Below, in pieces: positions 16,294 through 24,798 of a stretch of DNA of 31,297 nt (positions are counted from its first letter, which is position 1; the number at the start of each line of letters is the position of its first letter). Origin of the DNA: a virus (taxonomy: Duplodnaviria; Caudoviricetes); the IMG/VR virus record IMGVR_UViG_3300049781_000033, positions 1 to 31,297 of that record. One strand, given 5' to 3'. The notes below the pieces were generated by a model that saw nothing but the letters and a program-made list of their open reading frames with translations, was not told the origin of the DNA and searched no databases. Position numbers and translations under genes: made by a program.

Positions 16294-16707
16294 TTACGCC
16301 GTGGTCCAGGTGGGGACGGTGCCGTCGCAGAGGACGCCGGGCACCGAGTACGTCAGCTCGCCGGAGTCCGCGCGGGTCAGCGGGTAGTCGGTGTAGAGGC
16401 ACTCGTTGACGAGGGACTGTCCGGACACGGTGAGCGTCGTGGTGCGGGGCACGCTGGTGCTGGGCACGGTCTTGAAGACGTCGTGGCCCTGGTTGGCGGC
16501 GTCGTTGAAGACGCCGTTCAGCGTGACGCTGAAGTCGGAGAGGAGGAGGATCCGCTCGTAGGCGGACTTGTCGAGGCCGGTGACGTCCTGCACGCCGCGC
16601 GGGGTGGCGAACTGGACGTTCGTGATGTCGTTCTTGATGTCCCGGGGGGTGCCGCTCGCGTCGTCGACCGAGCACACGCTCCACCCGAGGCCGCTTTCCT
16701 TCGCCAT
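16294..16707 (-). CDS. Major tail (tube) protein, 137 aa
   Basis: Immediately upstream of the chaperone; beta-rich, DVT-LD---ER loop typical of siphoviral tube proteins. Confidence 0.78.
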   Translation of the reverse strand: MAKESGLGWSVCSVDDASGTPRDIKNDITNVQFATPRGVQDVTGLDKSAYERILLLSDFSVTLNGVFNDAANQGHDVFKTVPSTSVPRTTTLTVSGQSLVNECLYTDYPLTRADSGELTYSVPGVLCDGTVPTWTTA

Positions 16708-16712
16708 GGTGG

Positions 16713-17150
16713 CTATCCCTTCTTCTGCTGGTCGACGAGCCGGAGCTGGTTCTCGCCGAAGTCCTCAACCCAGTCCTGCGGACGGGCGTGTTCACGTCGT
16801 CGGCCGGTGGGGTTCCCACGCCAGTCCCCGTCGCGGACGAGGTAGATCTCCGGGCGGGTCTTGTGCTCCGCGAAGCACCTCTGGCCGGACTCGAACCTGA
16901 AGACGGTCAGCCCGGCCTCGGTCTTCATCTCGCGGAAGGTGCGCCGCGAGTGGACGCGGATGTACCCGGCCTGCGCCTGCCCCAGCTCGGTCCGCTCGTC
17001 GATGACGGACTCCCAGCCGTTCCGCCACTGCGGGCAGTCGACCTGCTCGCACGCGGCGGGGATCATCGTGTCCCGGGGGCTGCTGATCTGGTACGTCCGG
17101 TACGCGCCGACCGGCATGGCCGGGTCGATCCTGTTCACGGGTCGCTGCAT
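16713..17150 (-). CDS. 145-aa hypothetical protein (MQRPVNRIDPAMP...), possible metal site C-x4-C...C-x3-H
   Basis: ATG at 17150 coupled (TGATG) to the upstream stop; fills the gap between the two tube-like genes. Confidence 0.78.
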   Translation of the reverse strand: MQRPVNRIDPAMPVGAYRTYQISSPRDTMIPAACEQVDCPQWRNGWESVIDERTELGQAQAGYIRVHSRRTFREMKTEAGLTVFRFESGQRCFAEHKTRPEIYLVRDGDWRGNPTGRRREHARPQDWVEDFGENQLRLVDQQKKG

Positions 17151-17899
17151 CAGTACGTCACCGCCACGTCGTTGCGGATCACGGACACCGCGAACACGGC
17201 GTTCGTGAAGGTCCCGTTCGTCGTCACGCGCAGGTATCGCTCGACCGTCGCGTTCCGCGCCGTCTGGATGCGCTGCGCCCCGACCCCTGTGGCCGCCGCG
17301 AAGCTGCCGCCGGCCACGTCCGTCCAGGTGTCGCCGACGCCGTTGTCCGACGAGGACTGGAGCTTCACCGTCACGCTCGTGCCGGTGAGCGCGAAGACGT
17401 GCAGGTACGCCTGCAACCCGAAGCTGGTGGAGCCGGTGCCGAAGTCGACGCTCGCGCCGTTGGTGCCCGTCGTGTCCGTCCGCTTCCCCGCGGTGAGCAG
17501 CCGCCCCCACTCCAGCGTGTAGCTGTTGGACTGCGCCTCGACCGCGAAGGTGAAGGCACCGTCTTCGGCCCTCGTTCCGTCGTAGCCGATCTGCTTCGCC
17601 ACCAGGTTCGCCGAGGGGGCGCCGAGGGCGGTGCCGCGGCAGTAGGTGGCGGTCACGTCCGTCCGCGGCAGCACCGACAGCACCTTGTGCGCCGCGTCGG
17701 CCGCCGGGCCCGGGTTGAAGAACGCGGTGGTCTGAAGGCGCCCGTCGAGCCTGCCGCCCTTCCGCTCGTAGGCGGACTTCGTGATCGACGTGAAGTCCAA
17801 CGGGCTGGGCCCGCCGCCCACGTTGCCGACGGCCTGAATGTCGCCGGAGAGGTCGTAGCCGGAGATGAACAGCGCATCTCCGAGACCAGCTTGTTTCAC
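17150..17899 (-). CDS. Second tail-tube-like protein with C-terminal beta-sandwich extension (249 aa)
   Basis: N-terminal ~130 aa aligns by eye with 16294..16707 (GLG, KSAYER, FN, TRA--G--T--V). Confidence 0.72.
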   Translation of the reverse strand: MKQAGLGDALFISGYDLSGDIQAVGNVGGGPSPLDFTSITKSAYERKGGRLDGRLQTTAFFNPGPAADAAHKVLSVLPRTDVTATYCRGTALGAPSANLVAKQIGYDGTRAEDGAFTFAVEAQSNSYTLEWGRLLTAGKRTDTTGTNGASVDFGTGSTSFGLQAYLHVFALTGTSVTVKLQSSSDNGVGDTWTDVAGGSFAAATGVGAQRIQTARNATVERYLRVTTNGTFTNAVFAVSVIRNDVAVTY

Positions 17900-17901
17900 G
17901 G

Positions 17902-18360
17902 CTACGCCTCCTGGTTCCAGAGATCGTCAACGATGAGCGGGAGAGTGATCGTCATGCAGCGGTACTCCGCGCCGGACTCCTCCAAGTAGCCGGCGCGGGC
18001 GGACAGTGGGTCGCCGTAGGCGCCGAGGAGGTCGACGTGGCGGACGAGTCCGTCGAGGGTGAAGTCGCCGGAGTAGGCGGCCATCAGCCAGTCGAGGGCG
18101 TCCATCAGGGCGGGGTCGATGCTGTCCGGGACCTTGCCGTTGATCGGCGCGTAGAGGCGCACGAACAGGGCGAGCCGCGCCGAGGTGGAGCGCAGGCCGG
18201 AACCGCCGCGGGCGGGGCCGATCTGCTCGACCCACACGGCGCAGGTGACGCCGCTGGGGGGCGGGCTCTTGGGCTCGTGGCCGTTGACCGCGGCGAAGTA
18301 GCCGGACGCGAGGGCGTGGCTCTGTGCCGCGTCGAGGAGGGTGACTGCGTTGAGGGCCAT
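17902..18360 (-). CDS. Putative tail terminator/completion protein
   Basis: Position after the neck genes; size; DFTLDGLV motif. Confidence 0.68.
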   Translation of the reverse strand: MALNAVTLLDAAQSHALASGYFAAVNGHEPKSPPPSGVTCAVWVEQIGPARGGSGLRSTSARLALFVRLYAPINGKVPDSIDPALMDALDWLMAAYSGDFTLDGLVRHVDLLGAYGDPLSARAGYLEESGAEYRCMTITLPLIVDDLWNQEA

Positions 18361-18361
18361 G

Positions 18362-18763
18362 TCAGATCAGCCCCCTCGACCGGTACCGGGCCAGGAGCTG
18401 CCGCGCGATCTGCGGGGCCTTCCGGTCCAGCAGCGGCTTGGTGCGGCGGAACGTGGCGTAGCCCGGGAAGCGGGTCACCGGCGAGTTCCTGCTGCCGGTG
18501 CCCTCCAGCCATGGCCCGTAGATCATCCGCTGGTCATGGACCTGGTACCGGCCGCCCGACGTGCGATCCACGCTGATCTTCGACTGGTAGTAGCCCGTCG
18601 GATGCCGCAACACCTGCCGCAGCCGGGCGTGGACCATCCGCTCGCCCTCGATCGCGACCTGGTACTCGACGTCGTCCGAGTAGTCGTGCAGGGCGCGGCC
18701 CGCCCGGCCCGTAGCCCACGGGCCGGAGGCGTTCGAGTTGACGCGGACCTGGAAGCCTGGCAT
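18362..18763 (-). CDS. HK97 gp10-like neck/tail-completion protein
   Basis: Basic 133 aa with PTG-YQ-KI and YGPWLEG-G motifs. Confidence 0.68.
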   Translation of the reverse strand: MPGFQVRVNSNASGPWATGRAGRALHDYSDDVEYQVAIEGERMVHARLRQVLRHPTGYYQSKISVDRTSGGRYQVHDQRMIYGPWLEGTGSRNSPVTRFPGYATFRRTKPLLDRKAPQIARQLLARYRSRGLI

Positions 18764-18764
18764 T

Positions 18765-19820
18765 TCACACTCCCCGGTGGCGGGCCTTGCGGCCGTGGGC
18801 GTCGTAGGTCTGCGTCCGCAGCGAGTCCAGCGACAGCGTCTCCACCGACGTGCTCTTGGAGCCCGACGAGGTCTTGCTGGTGCGGGCGTAGCCGGACTGC
18901 TCCTGAAGCGGCCGGTTGATGGCGTTGGCGATGGTGAGGTCGCGGACGAGGCCGGGCGGCTCCCACCGGTACACGGGCGCGGTGCCGGCGTGCGTAGCAG
19001 CGGTGGTACCGAGGGCGCCCCGCGCGACCGAGAGGGTCCGCGGCGCGTACAGGGCGGTGCCGGCGGTGTGCGCGGCGAGGGTGCTGCCGTCCACGGCGCG
19101 CTCCACGACCAGGGTGCTGCCCGCGATGTCGGTGATCCGCGCGCGTTCGCCGTCGATGAGGAGGGTCTCGTCGACCGCGAAGCCGGTGCCGTCGGTCACC
19201 GCCACCACGGTGGCGTTCTTCTGTACGGCCAGGTCGGTGGTGAGGGTCTGGCCGGTGTCGGCCATGGTCCGGGCGGTGACGAGGAGCCGTTCGCTGTCGA
19301 TGCGGAGGACGCTGCCGACGCCGACTGTCGCGGAGGTGGCCGCGTCCACGGTGAGGGTGGTGGCCGAAGCCGTGGCGACCGCGCCAGCCAGGGCGCCGTC
19401 GGTGCGCTCGTCGAGGGTGTAGCCCCACAGGCCCGTGATGGTCACGTCCTGCTGGTGGGTGTTCCCGCCGCCCCATGAGGCGTTGCTGCCGAGGTTGGTC
19501 TCGACGCGGTTGTACGGCGGCCCGGCGGGCGGGTAGAGGACCACGTCCGCCGGGTCGATCGCTACGCCGCCGGAGGTGATGGAGGTGAGAGAGATCAGGC
19601 CGTGGTCGTCGAGCCAGATCCGCCACGATGGCCGGTACTGGGAGTCGGGCCAGTCGAACCGCCGCTCGCCCTGCCAGGGGTAGAACGTGCGGTGGCACAG
19701 GCTGTCCACGTCGCGGCTCGCGGATTGCAGGGCGCGGTCGATCTGCCGTGCGCTGGCGGCGGTGGGCTGTACGTCGAGGGCGCGCTGCACGTCCTCGCGG
19801 GTCGCGTAGACGGGCTCCAT
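18765..19820 (-). CDS. Head-to-tail adaptor with inserted beta-domains
   Basis: YAT-EDV--AL...ASR-VD--C-RTF N-terminus, V-ITG-WGY and P--VR-LTI adaptor motifs. ATG 19820 has better SD spacing than GTG 19829. Confidence 0.78.
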   Translation of the reverse strand: MEPVYATREDVQRALDVQPTAASARQIDRALQSASRDVDSLCHRTFYPWQGERRFDWPDSQYRPSWRIWLDDHGLISLTSITSGGVAIDPADVVLYPPAGPPYNRVETNLGSNASWGGGNTHQQDVTITGLWGYTLDERTDGALAGAVATASATTLTVDAATSATVGVGSVLRIDSERLLVTARTMADTGQTLTTDLAVQKNATVVAVTDGTGFAVDETLLIDGERARITDIAGSTLVVERAVDGSTLAAHTAGTALYAPRTLSVARGALGTTAATHAGTAPVYRWEPPGLVRDLTIANAINRPLQEQSGYARTSKTSSGSKSTSVETLSLDSLRTQTYDAHGRKARHRGV

Positions 19821-19856
19821 CTCTCTCACCTCCTCACTGGTGTTGATCGGGACTGG

Positions 19857-20312
19857 TCAGGCGTCAGCGGAGCTGGTCTCCGACGAACCGTCCGCCGGGC
19901 CGCCACCCGCAGTTGCGGCAGAAGAGTCCTGGGTCGACTTCTGGCCCTTCCCGGAGCGGCTCCCCGTCTTGGGGGCAGGCGACGGGGTCTGCGGCCCGCT
20001 CGTCGCGCGCGTAGTCGACGGCGTCGTGGACGATGGCTTGGAGCTGTTCCCAGCTGATACGCCCTCGCCTCCCTCGTTCTCCTCGGCGACGACCTTGTCC
20101 GGGTCGGCCTCCGACTTGGGCACGAGCTCCCGCCCGTTCTCGCCCTCCACGACGACGTCCTCGCCCGCGATGGACGGTCCGCCGTGCACGGTCACCTTCG
20201 GCGCCATGTCCTGACTTCCTTCCTCGACGTGATCGGTGCTGCCGCACTGCGGGCAGCGGGGCGCGCCCACGCTGTAGCGGGCGGTGCAGTTGGTGCAGGC
20301 CCACAGCGCCAT
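19857..20312 (-). CDS. Zn-ribbon protein with acidic, Ser/Thr-rich disordered tail (151 aa)
   Basis: WACTNC...RCPQCGS; ATG 1 nt after the upstream stop; possible second start at 20207 (MAPKVTVHGGPS). Confidence 0.7.
   Translation of the reverse strand: MALWACTNCTARYSVGAPRCPQCGSTDHVEEGSQDMAPKVTVHGGPSIAGEDVVVEGENGRELVPKSEADPDKVVAEENEGGEGVSAGNSSKPSSTTPSTTRATSGPQTPSPAPKTGSRSGKGQKSTQDSSAATAGGGPADGSSETSSADA
19864..20058 (-). CDS. Nested alternative-frame gene, 64 aa, CPxDG...CxxC Zn-finger-like; apparent ATC start
   Basis: (I/M)SWEQLQAIVHDAVDYARDERAADPVACPQDGEPLREGPEVDPGLFCRNCGWRPGG...; GGAGG at 20072-20068, 9 nt before the ATC. Confidence 0.6.
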   Translation of the reverse strand: MSWEQLQAIVHDAVDYARDERAADPVACPQDGEPLREGPEVDPGLFCRNCGWRPGGRFVGDQLR

Positions 20313-20313
20313 G

Positions 20314-20754
20314 TCAGGCCCCCGTGGCCGGGAGGTTCTCCGGGGCGCGCTGCACCATGAGGTCCCGCTGGATCGCGTTGACCGTGCCCGCCCCGGTGGA
20401 GGTGACCTTGACGAAGCAGTAGTCGTCGGCGAGCTGCGTGCCCTCGACCTCGATGACGACGGCCTGCTGCACCGCCGACGCGGCGGCGACGACCGTGGCG
20501 GCCGCGGCCTGCGTCCGCTTCACCCACGCGTCGCTGCCGTTACCGGTGTTGGTGTAGTACTCGCTGATCGCGGCGAGGTTCACCGCGCCGGTGCCCGCCG
20601 AGTCCTTGGCCTGCTGGAGGGTGTAGGTGTCGCCCGCGGCGGCGCCGAGGTAGCCGACGAAGGTGACGCCGCCCGCCTGGTCGCCGATGTTGATCCAGAC
20701 GCCGTCGGCGGCCGGGGTGGTGTTGAACAGTCGGCCGAGAGCCTTCTGCGACAT
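20314..20754 (-). CDS. Putative capsid decoration/accessory head protein (146 aa)
   Basis: Directly after the major capsid gene; beta-rich; SD AGGAG. Confidence 0.65.
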   Translation of the reverse strand: MSQKALGRLFNTTPAADGVWINIGDQAGGVTFVGYLGAAAGDTYTLQQAKDSAGTGAVNLAAISEYYTNTGNGSDAWVKRTQAAAATVVAAASAVQQAVVIEVEGTQLADDYCFVKVTSTGAGTVNAIQRDLMVQRAPENLPATGA

Positions 20755-20781
20755 GGGGTGTTCTCCTGTCTGGGTTGCCGC

Positions 20782-20840
20782 CGGGGCGACACTGCCGGTC
20801 GGGTGGAAGCCGGCGGCGGGGTGTGAATGCCGCCGCCGGC
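20782..20840 (-). promoter_or_regulatory. Hairpin and duplicated 16-nt motif downstream of the capsid gene
   Basis: 11-bp perfect stem 20809-20819/20830-20840; motif copies at 20782-20797 and 20817-20832. Confidence 0.55.
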
Positions 20841-20847
20841 CGGGGGG

Positions 20848-22209
20848 CTACGCCGCGAGCTCGACAAACGGGGAGAGCTTCTTCGAGGAGCCGTTGGCGG
20901 GGGTGATGGCCGACTGGAGCCAGGGGCGGCCGTCGACGCGCTGGATGATGCGGAACGTGGTCTTGTCGCTGCCGAACTGGTAGTCCGTCGAGGAGTCGGC
21001 GGTCATGGTCTGCCGGTCACCGACGAGGTAGTAGCTCAGGTCGACGAAGGCGATGTCGCCGCGGGCGCCGAGCTGTCCGGCCTTCTCGCTGATGATCAGC
21101 GGCCGTCCGAAGATGGTCATCGGGGCGGGCCCGGCGGCGTTGACGACGAACACGCTGTTGCCGCCGGTGCCGACGTCGAGGCTCATCTGGAGGAGCTGCG
21201 GCAGGGCGTCCGGGGAGCAGATCCACACGGCGCGCGAGAGGCTGCTGGGGAGCATCTGCGCGTACATGTTGACGATGTCCGGGTAGGTGATCGTCGTCGC
21301 GGCGCCGCGGGCGACCGCGATGGACGCCTTGTTCTTCGCGCCGAGGAAGCCGAGGGGCATGCCCGCGCCGGTGCCGACCATGAACGCGTTGTCCTCGGAG
21401 AACGCCAGGGCCTGCGGCCACAGCGTCTCGATGAGCGACGCGAAGGAGACGATGCTGTCCTGGAGCAGCTCGTTGGGGACCGCGGAGAGCCCGGTGAGCT
21501 TCTTCGCGTCCAGCTCCACCCGGCCGAACTTCGGGTTGGAGTCCTGGAGCATGGCGCCCTCTTCGCCCCAGTACGCGATCATGCCGCCGTAGACGGAGCC
21601 CTTGTTGGACGTCGAGTCGATGATCGGCATCGGCACCCGGGCCGAGTCCATCGGCACGACGGTCGCCAGCGGCCGGACGACGGACTGCTCCAGCGCGATC
21701 TGCAAGAGCTGGGACCGCAGCGTCTCCGGGACGAGGAACCCGCCATCCGCCGGGGACACGGAGCCCGCGGCGTTCCGCAGGATGGTCAGCTTCTCGGCGA
21801 CCTCGGCGGCGGGCGCCTTGTGCCAGATCGCCTTCACGTACTCGACGCTGTCGGTGAAGTGCTGGTCGAGGGCGGCGCCGGGGGCGGCCGGGTTGTGGGC
21901 GGTGCCCTTGCGGTGGCTGGTGAGCATGCCCCGCTTCTTGGCCTGCGGGTCCAGGTCGAGGCGCTTGATCGCGTCCGCGCCCATGTCCTGCATTCCGTTC
22001 TCGCGCATCATCTTCGCGAAGACACGCTGGGTCTCCTCGGCGACGAGCCGGTTGAGCTCGGTGCCGTCGGCCTGCTGCGCGTGGCCGTAGGCGGTGATGA
22101 ACTCCGTCAGCGCCTCACGCGAGGCGACGATGTCCTTCAGCGTCTTCGGTTCGGCGAGCATCTCCGCGAGTTCGTCGGCGTTGCGCGGGATGGTGGATGT
22201 GGGTGCCAC
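20848..22209 (-). CDS. Major capsid protein, HK97 fold with N-terminal delta-like domain (453 aa)
   Basis: GGFLVPE, WGEEG, SNPKFGRV-L-AKKL, ELLQDS, D-AF-VGTG-G-PLG, TIFGRP, R-DG-P motifs; GTG at 22209 with SD AAGGAGG. Confidence 0.95.
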   Translation of the reverse strand: MAPTSTIPRNADELAEMLAEPKTLKDIVASREALTEFITAYGHAQQADGTELNRLVAEETQRVFAKMMRENGMQDMGADAIKRLDLDPQAKKRGMLTSHRKGTAHNPAAPGAALDQHFTDSVEYVKAIWHKAPAAEVAEKLTILRNAAGSVSPADGGFLVPETLRSQLLQIALEQSVVRPLATVVPMDSARVPMPIIDSTSNKGSVYGGMIAYWGEEGAMLQDSNPKFGRVELDAKKLTGLSAVPNELLQDSIVSFASLIETLWPQALAFSEDNAFMVGTGAGMPLGFLGAKNKASIAVARGAATTITYPDIVNMYAQMLPSSLSRAVWICSPDALPQLLQMSLDVGTGGNSVFVVNAAGPAPMTIFGRPLIISEKAGQLGARGDIAFVDLSYYLVGDRQTMTADSSTDYQFGSDKTTFRIIQRVDGRPWLQSAITPANGSSKKLSPFVELAA

Positions 22210-22220
22210 TGTTGCCTCCT

Positions 22221-23303
22221 TCAGGCCGTCGCCGCGCTGGACGACGCGTCGGGCTCGATCAGGTTGGTGACGAGCGCCGACCAGTCGTCTGCGTCGTCGT
22301 CGGGAAGCAGGCCGGCCACGCTGGCCGCCCACTCGTCTGCGGGGTCGGTGGGGGCCTCGGGTGCCGGTTCGACGGCCGGCGGCTCGGGGACAGGCTCGAC
22401 GGGCGGGACCTCTGCGACCAGCTCGGCTGGCGCGGTGTCCTCGACGTCGGGTCCGGCGCCTGAACGGACCAGGGAGCGCAGATGCTCGACGAAGTGCTCG
22501 CCGACGGCCGACCCGATGTTGATGGTCAGGACCGGTGGCTGCCCGTCCTCGCCTGCCGGGGGCGGGTTCTCGGCGGCGCCGGTGGCCTTGGGGCCCTGGT
22601 AGCCGTAGGCGGCGAGGTCCCAGGCGTGGGCCATGTCTGGCTCCGGCTCCTCCTCCGGCTCGCTCGGGGTTCCGGCCTTCGGGGCCTGGACGGCCTCGTC
22701 GGCGAGACCGGTGTCGACGGCGTCCTCGGGGAGGTACCAGGTCTCGGCGCGCATGCGGTCTCGCCACTGCTCGCGGGTGCCGCCCGCGCGGGAGGCGTAG
22801 GCGTCGGCGATGTTGTCGCTGATGAGGTCGAGGAGTTCGCTCATCTCGTCCATGTCCTGGGCGTTGCCCCAGCACATGCCGGATGCGTCGTGGATCATCA
22901 GCATGGAGTTGGGGGCCATCTCGATGCGGTCCCCGGCCATGGCGATGACGGACGCGATGCTGGCGGCGAGAGCGTCGACCTGCACCGTGACCGAAGCGGG
23001 GTGCGCCCTCAACGCGTTGGCGATGGCGATGCCCTCGAACACCGACCCGCCCGGACTGTTGATCCGGACCCGCATCCGCGGCGACGTGACACCCTTCAGT
23101 TCGGCGATCAGGTCGTCCGCGGTGGTGCCCCACCAGCCGCCGACCTCGTCATAGATCATGACCTCGGCCTCGTCCGGGTCCGCGGCATTGCTGATGCGGT
23201 ACCAGGAGCGGGCCTCGACGCCGAGCCGCTGGCGCTGCTGCTCGGCCTGCTCGCGCTGGCGGGCCTGGAAGACGCCCGCCTTGCCGGGCAGCGTGATGTT
23301 CAT
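22221..23303 (-). CDS. ClpP-like head maturation protease with acidic Pro-rich C-terminus (360 aa)
   Basis: INSPGG, AASIAS, MIHDA, ETWY...GLAD; ATG 23303 coupled (ATGA) to the portal stop. Confidence 0.92.
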   Translation of the reverse strand: MNITLPGKAGVFQARQREQAEQQRQRLGVEARSWYRISNAADPDEAEVMIYDEVGGWWGTTADDLIAELKGVTSPRMRVRINSPGGSVFEGIAIANALRAHPASVTVQVDALAASIASVIAMAGDRIEMAPNSMLMIHDASGMCWGNAQDMDEMSELLDLISDNIADAYASRAGGTREQWRDRMRAETWYLPEDAVDTGLADEAVQAPKAGTPSEPEEEPEPDMAHAWDLAAYGYQGPKATGAAENPPPAGEDGQPPVLTINIGSAVGEHFVEHLRSLVRSGAGPDVEDTAPAELVAEVPPVEPVPEPPAVEPAPEAPTDPADEWAASVAGLLPDDDADDWSALVTNLIEPDASSSAATA

Positions 23304-24787
23304 GAGCCTTCTCCCTTGCGTCCCCGCTTCACGACCTTGCAGCGGCAGTCGTTGCCGAACTCGGCGCCGACGCAGTGCACGTAGCCCGACCCGCCCGGGT
23401 AGTCCCGATAGGCCTGCGCCCGGTTCTTGTACGTCTGGCCGTCGTTGTCGCGGCACGGCTGGCAGGTGTTGTCGTCGTCCTCCGCGACCGCCACCCACCG
23501 CTGTGCCGCCTCGATCTCCCCGGTGAGGCCGGCCACGGCCTGATCCCAGTCATCGGCGGCCGGTGCCGCGGCCCGACCCCGGAAGGGGATCTTCGGCAGG
23601 CCCACCGCGGACAGAGTCCCGGTCGGGTCGAAGCCAGCCGCCACGAGCGCCGCCGCCGCGGACGAGCGGGCGGTCAGCTGCTTCGTCTCCGACTCCACGT
23701 CCTCCTGGACCGGGTCGTCGAAGTCGAACTCCAGGCCGCGCGCCGTCGCCCCGTACAGCGGGAGCAGCCGCGTGTTGAGGGCCTCGCGGGTGCGTTGGAG
23801 CCGCGGCCGGATCAGCCAGCGGGCGAACATCACGTCCGCGGCCTCCATATTGGCGCGGTTGGCGTCATCGACGGTGCCGAGCATCGGCTTGGGGAAGCCC
23901 AGTGCTTCGCGGATGATTTCGCGGCTGGCGTCGCGCAGTTCGGTGAACTGCATGTCCCTCATGGAGAAGCTGCGGTCCTGCCACTTCAGCCCGTTCTCCA
24001 GGACCGCGACCCGGTGCGCGTTGGAGACGCCCTTGTGCTGTGCCGACCAGCGCATGTTGAACTCGTCGAACTCCTCGTCGCTGAGCCGCTTGTCGACCTC
24101 GACGATGCCGCCCGGCTGCGCCGAGTTACGGAAGAACATCGCGTTCCACTCCGCGCTGGCGCGGGTGGCGTCCATGTCGGTGAGGATCGTCTGCACCGCA
24201 CCCCAGCCCCGGTACGGGTCCAGGGGGTTGGGGCGGCGCAGCTGGATGACCTGGTTCACGCCGAGCGGTACCCGCTCCCCGGACGGCGACCGGTACACGT
24301 ACCCGGACAGGAACTCTTCCGGATCCGGGAGCGGCTCCATCCGGTCGGGGCGGGCGAACCACAACTCCAGCGGCAGGCCACTGCTGTGCAGGGCCGGGAT
24401 CCACCACTGCTCGCCGGTCAGCTCCTCGTGCTGCTGCGTCGACTCCCGGAACTGCTGCCCGGTCATGAACTTGTTCGGCTGGTTCCACAGGTCGAGCGCG
24501 GCGTGGGAGGTGACCTCGACGCGGTCTTCAGGGCGGCCGGAGGGGGCGGAGCGGTACAGGTGCCACTCGACTTGGGAGTAGGCGGTGGTGATGCGGTCGA
24601 CGATCGCGAAGAGGGTGCCGACGCTGCCCATGGCCCGCATCTGGGCTTCTTGGCCTGCGGGCCTCATGAGGCCGCTGGCGAAGCCGCCGCGTCCGGCGCC
24701 GTGCGGGGCGTAGGAGATGGGGGTGCGGTTGAGGAAGGTGGAGGCTGCGCGACCTAGGTCACCAAAGAGGGTTCTGGCCACCGCCAC
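23300..24787 (-). CDS. Portal protein (HK97 family) with C-terminal Cys-rich MuF-like extension
   Basis: QPNKFMTG, RPDRM, NPLDPYRG, FFRN-AQPGG, DMQF-ELR...I--A-G-P; tail W-A--DD-TC--C--NDG...CRC. Confidence 0.93.
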   Translation of the reverse strand: MAVARTLFGDLGRAASTFLNRTPISYAPHGAGRGGFASGLMRPAGQEAQMRAMGSVGTLFAIVDRITTAYSQVEWHLYRSAPSGRPEDRVEVTSHAALDLWNQPNKFMTGQQFRESTQQHEELTGEQWWIPALHSSGLPLELWFARPDRMEPLPDPEEFLSGYVYRSPSGERVPLGVNQVIQLRRPNPLDPYRGWGAVQTILTDMDATRASAEWNAMFFRNSAQPGGIVEVDKRLSDEEFDEFNMRWSAQHKGVSNAHRVAVLENGLKWQDRSFSMRDMQFTELRDASREIIREALGFPKPMLGTVDDANRANMEAADVMFARWLIRPRLQRTREALNTRLLPLYGATARGLEFDFDDPVQEDVESETKQLTARSSAAAALVAAGFDPTGTLSAVGLPKIPFRGRAAAPAADDWDQAVAGLTGEIEAAQRWVAVAEDDDNTCQPCRDNDGQTYKNRAQAYRDYPGGSGYVHCVGAEFGNDCRCKVVKRGRKGEGS

Positions 24788-24798
24788 CCCCTCACATG

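Noticed and set aside
22210-23133. 761-aa capsid ORF suggesting a protease-capsid fusion
   Set aside because: The extension is Arg-rich off-frame translation of the protease gene; a strong SD precedes GTG 22209.
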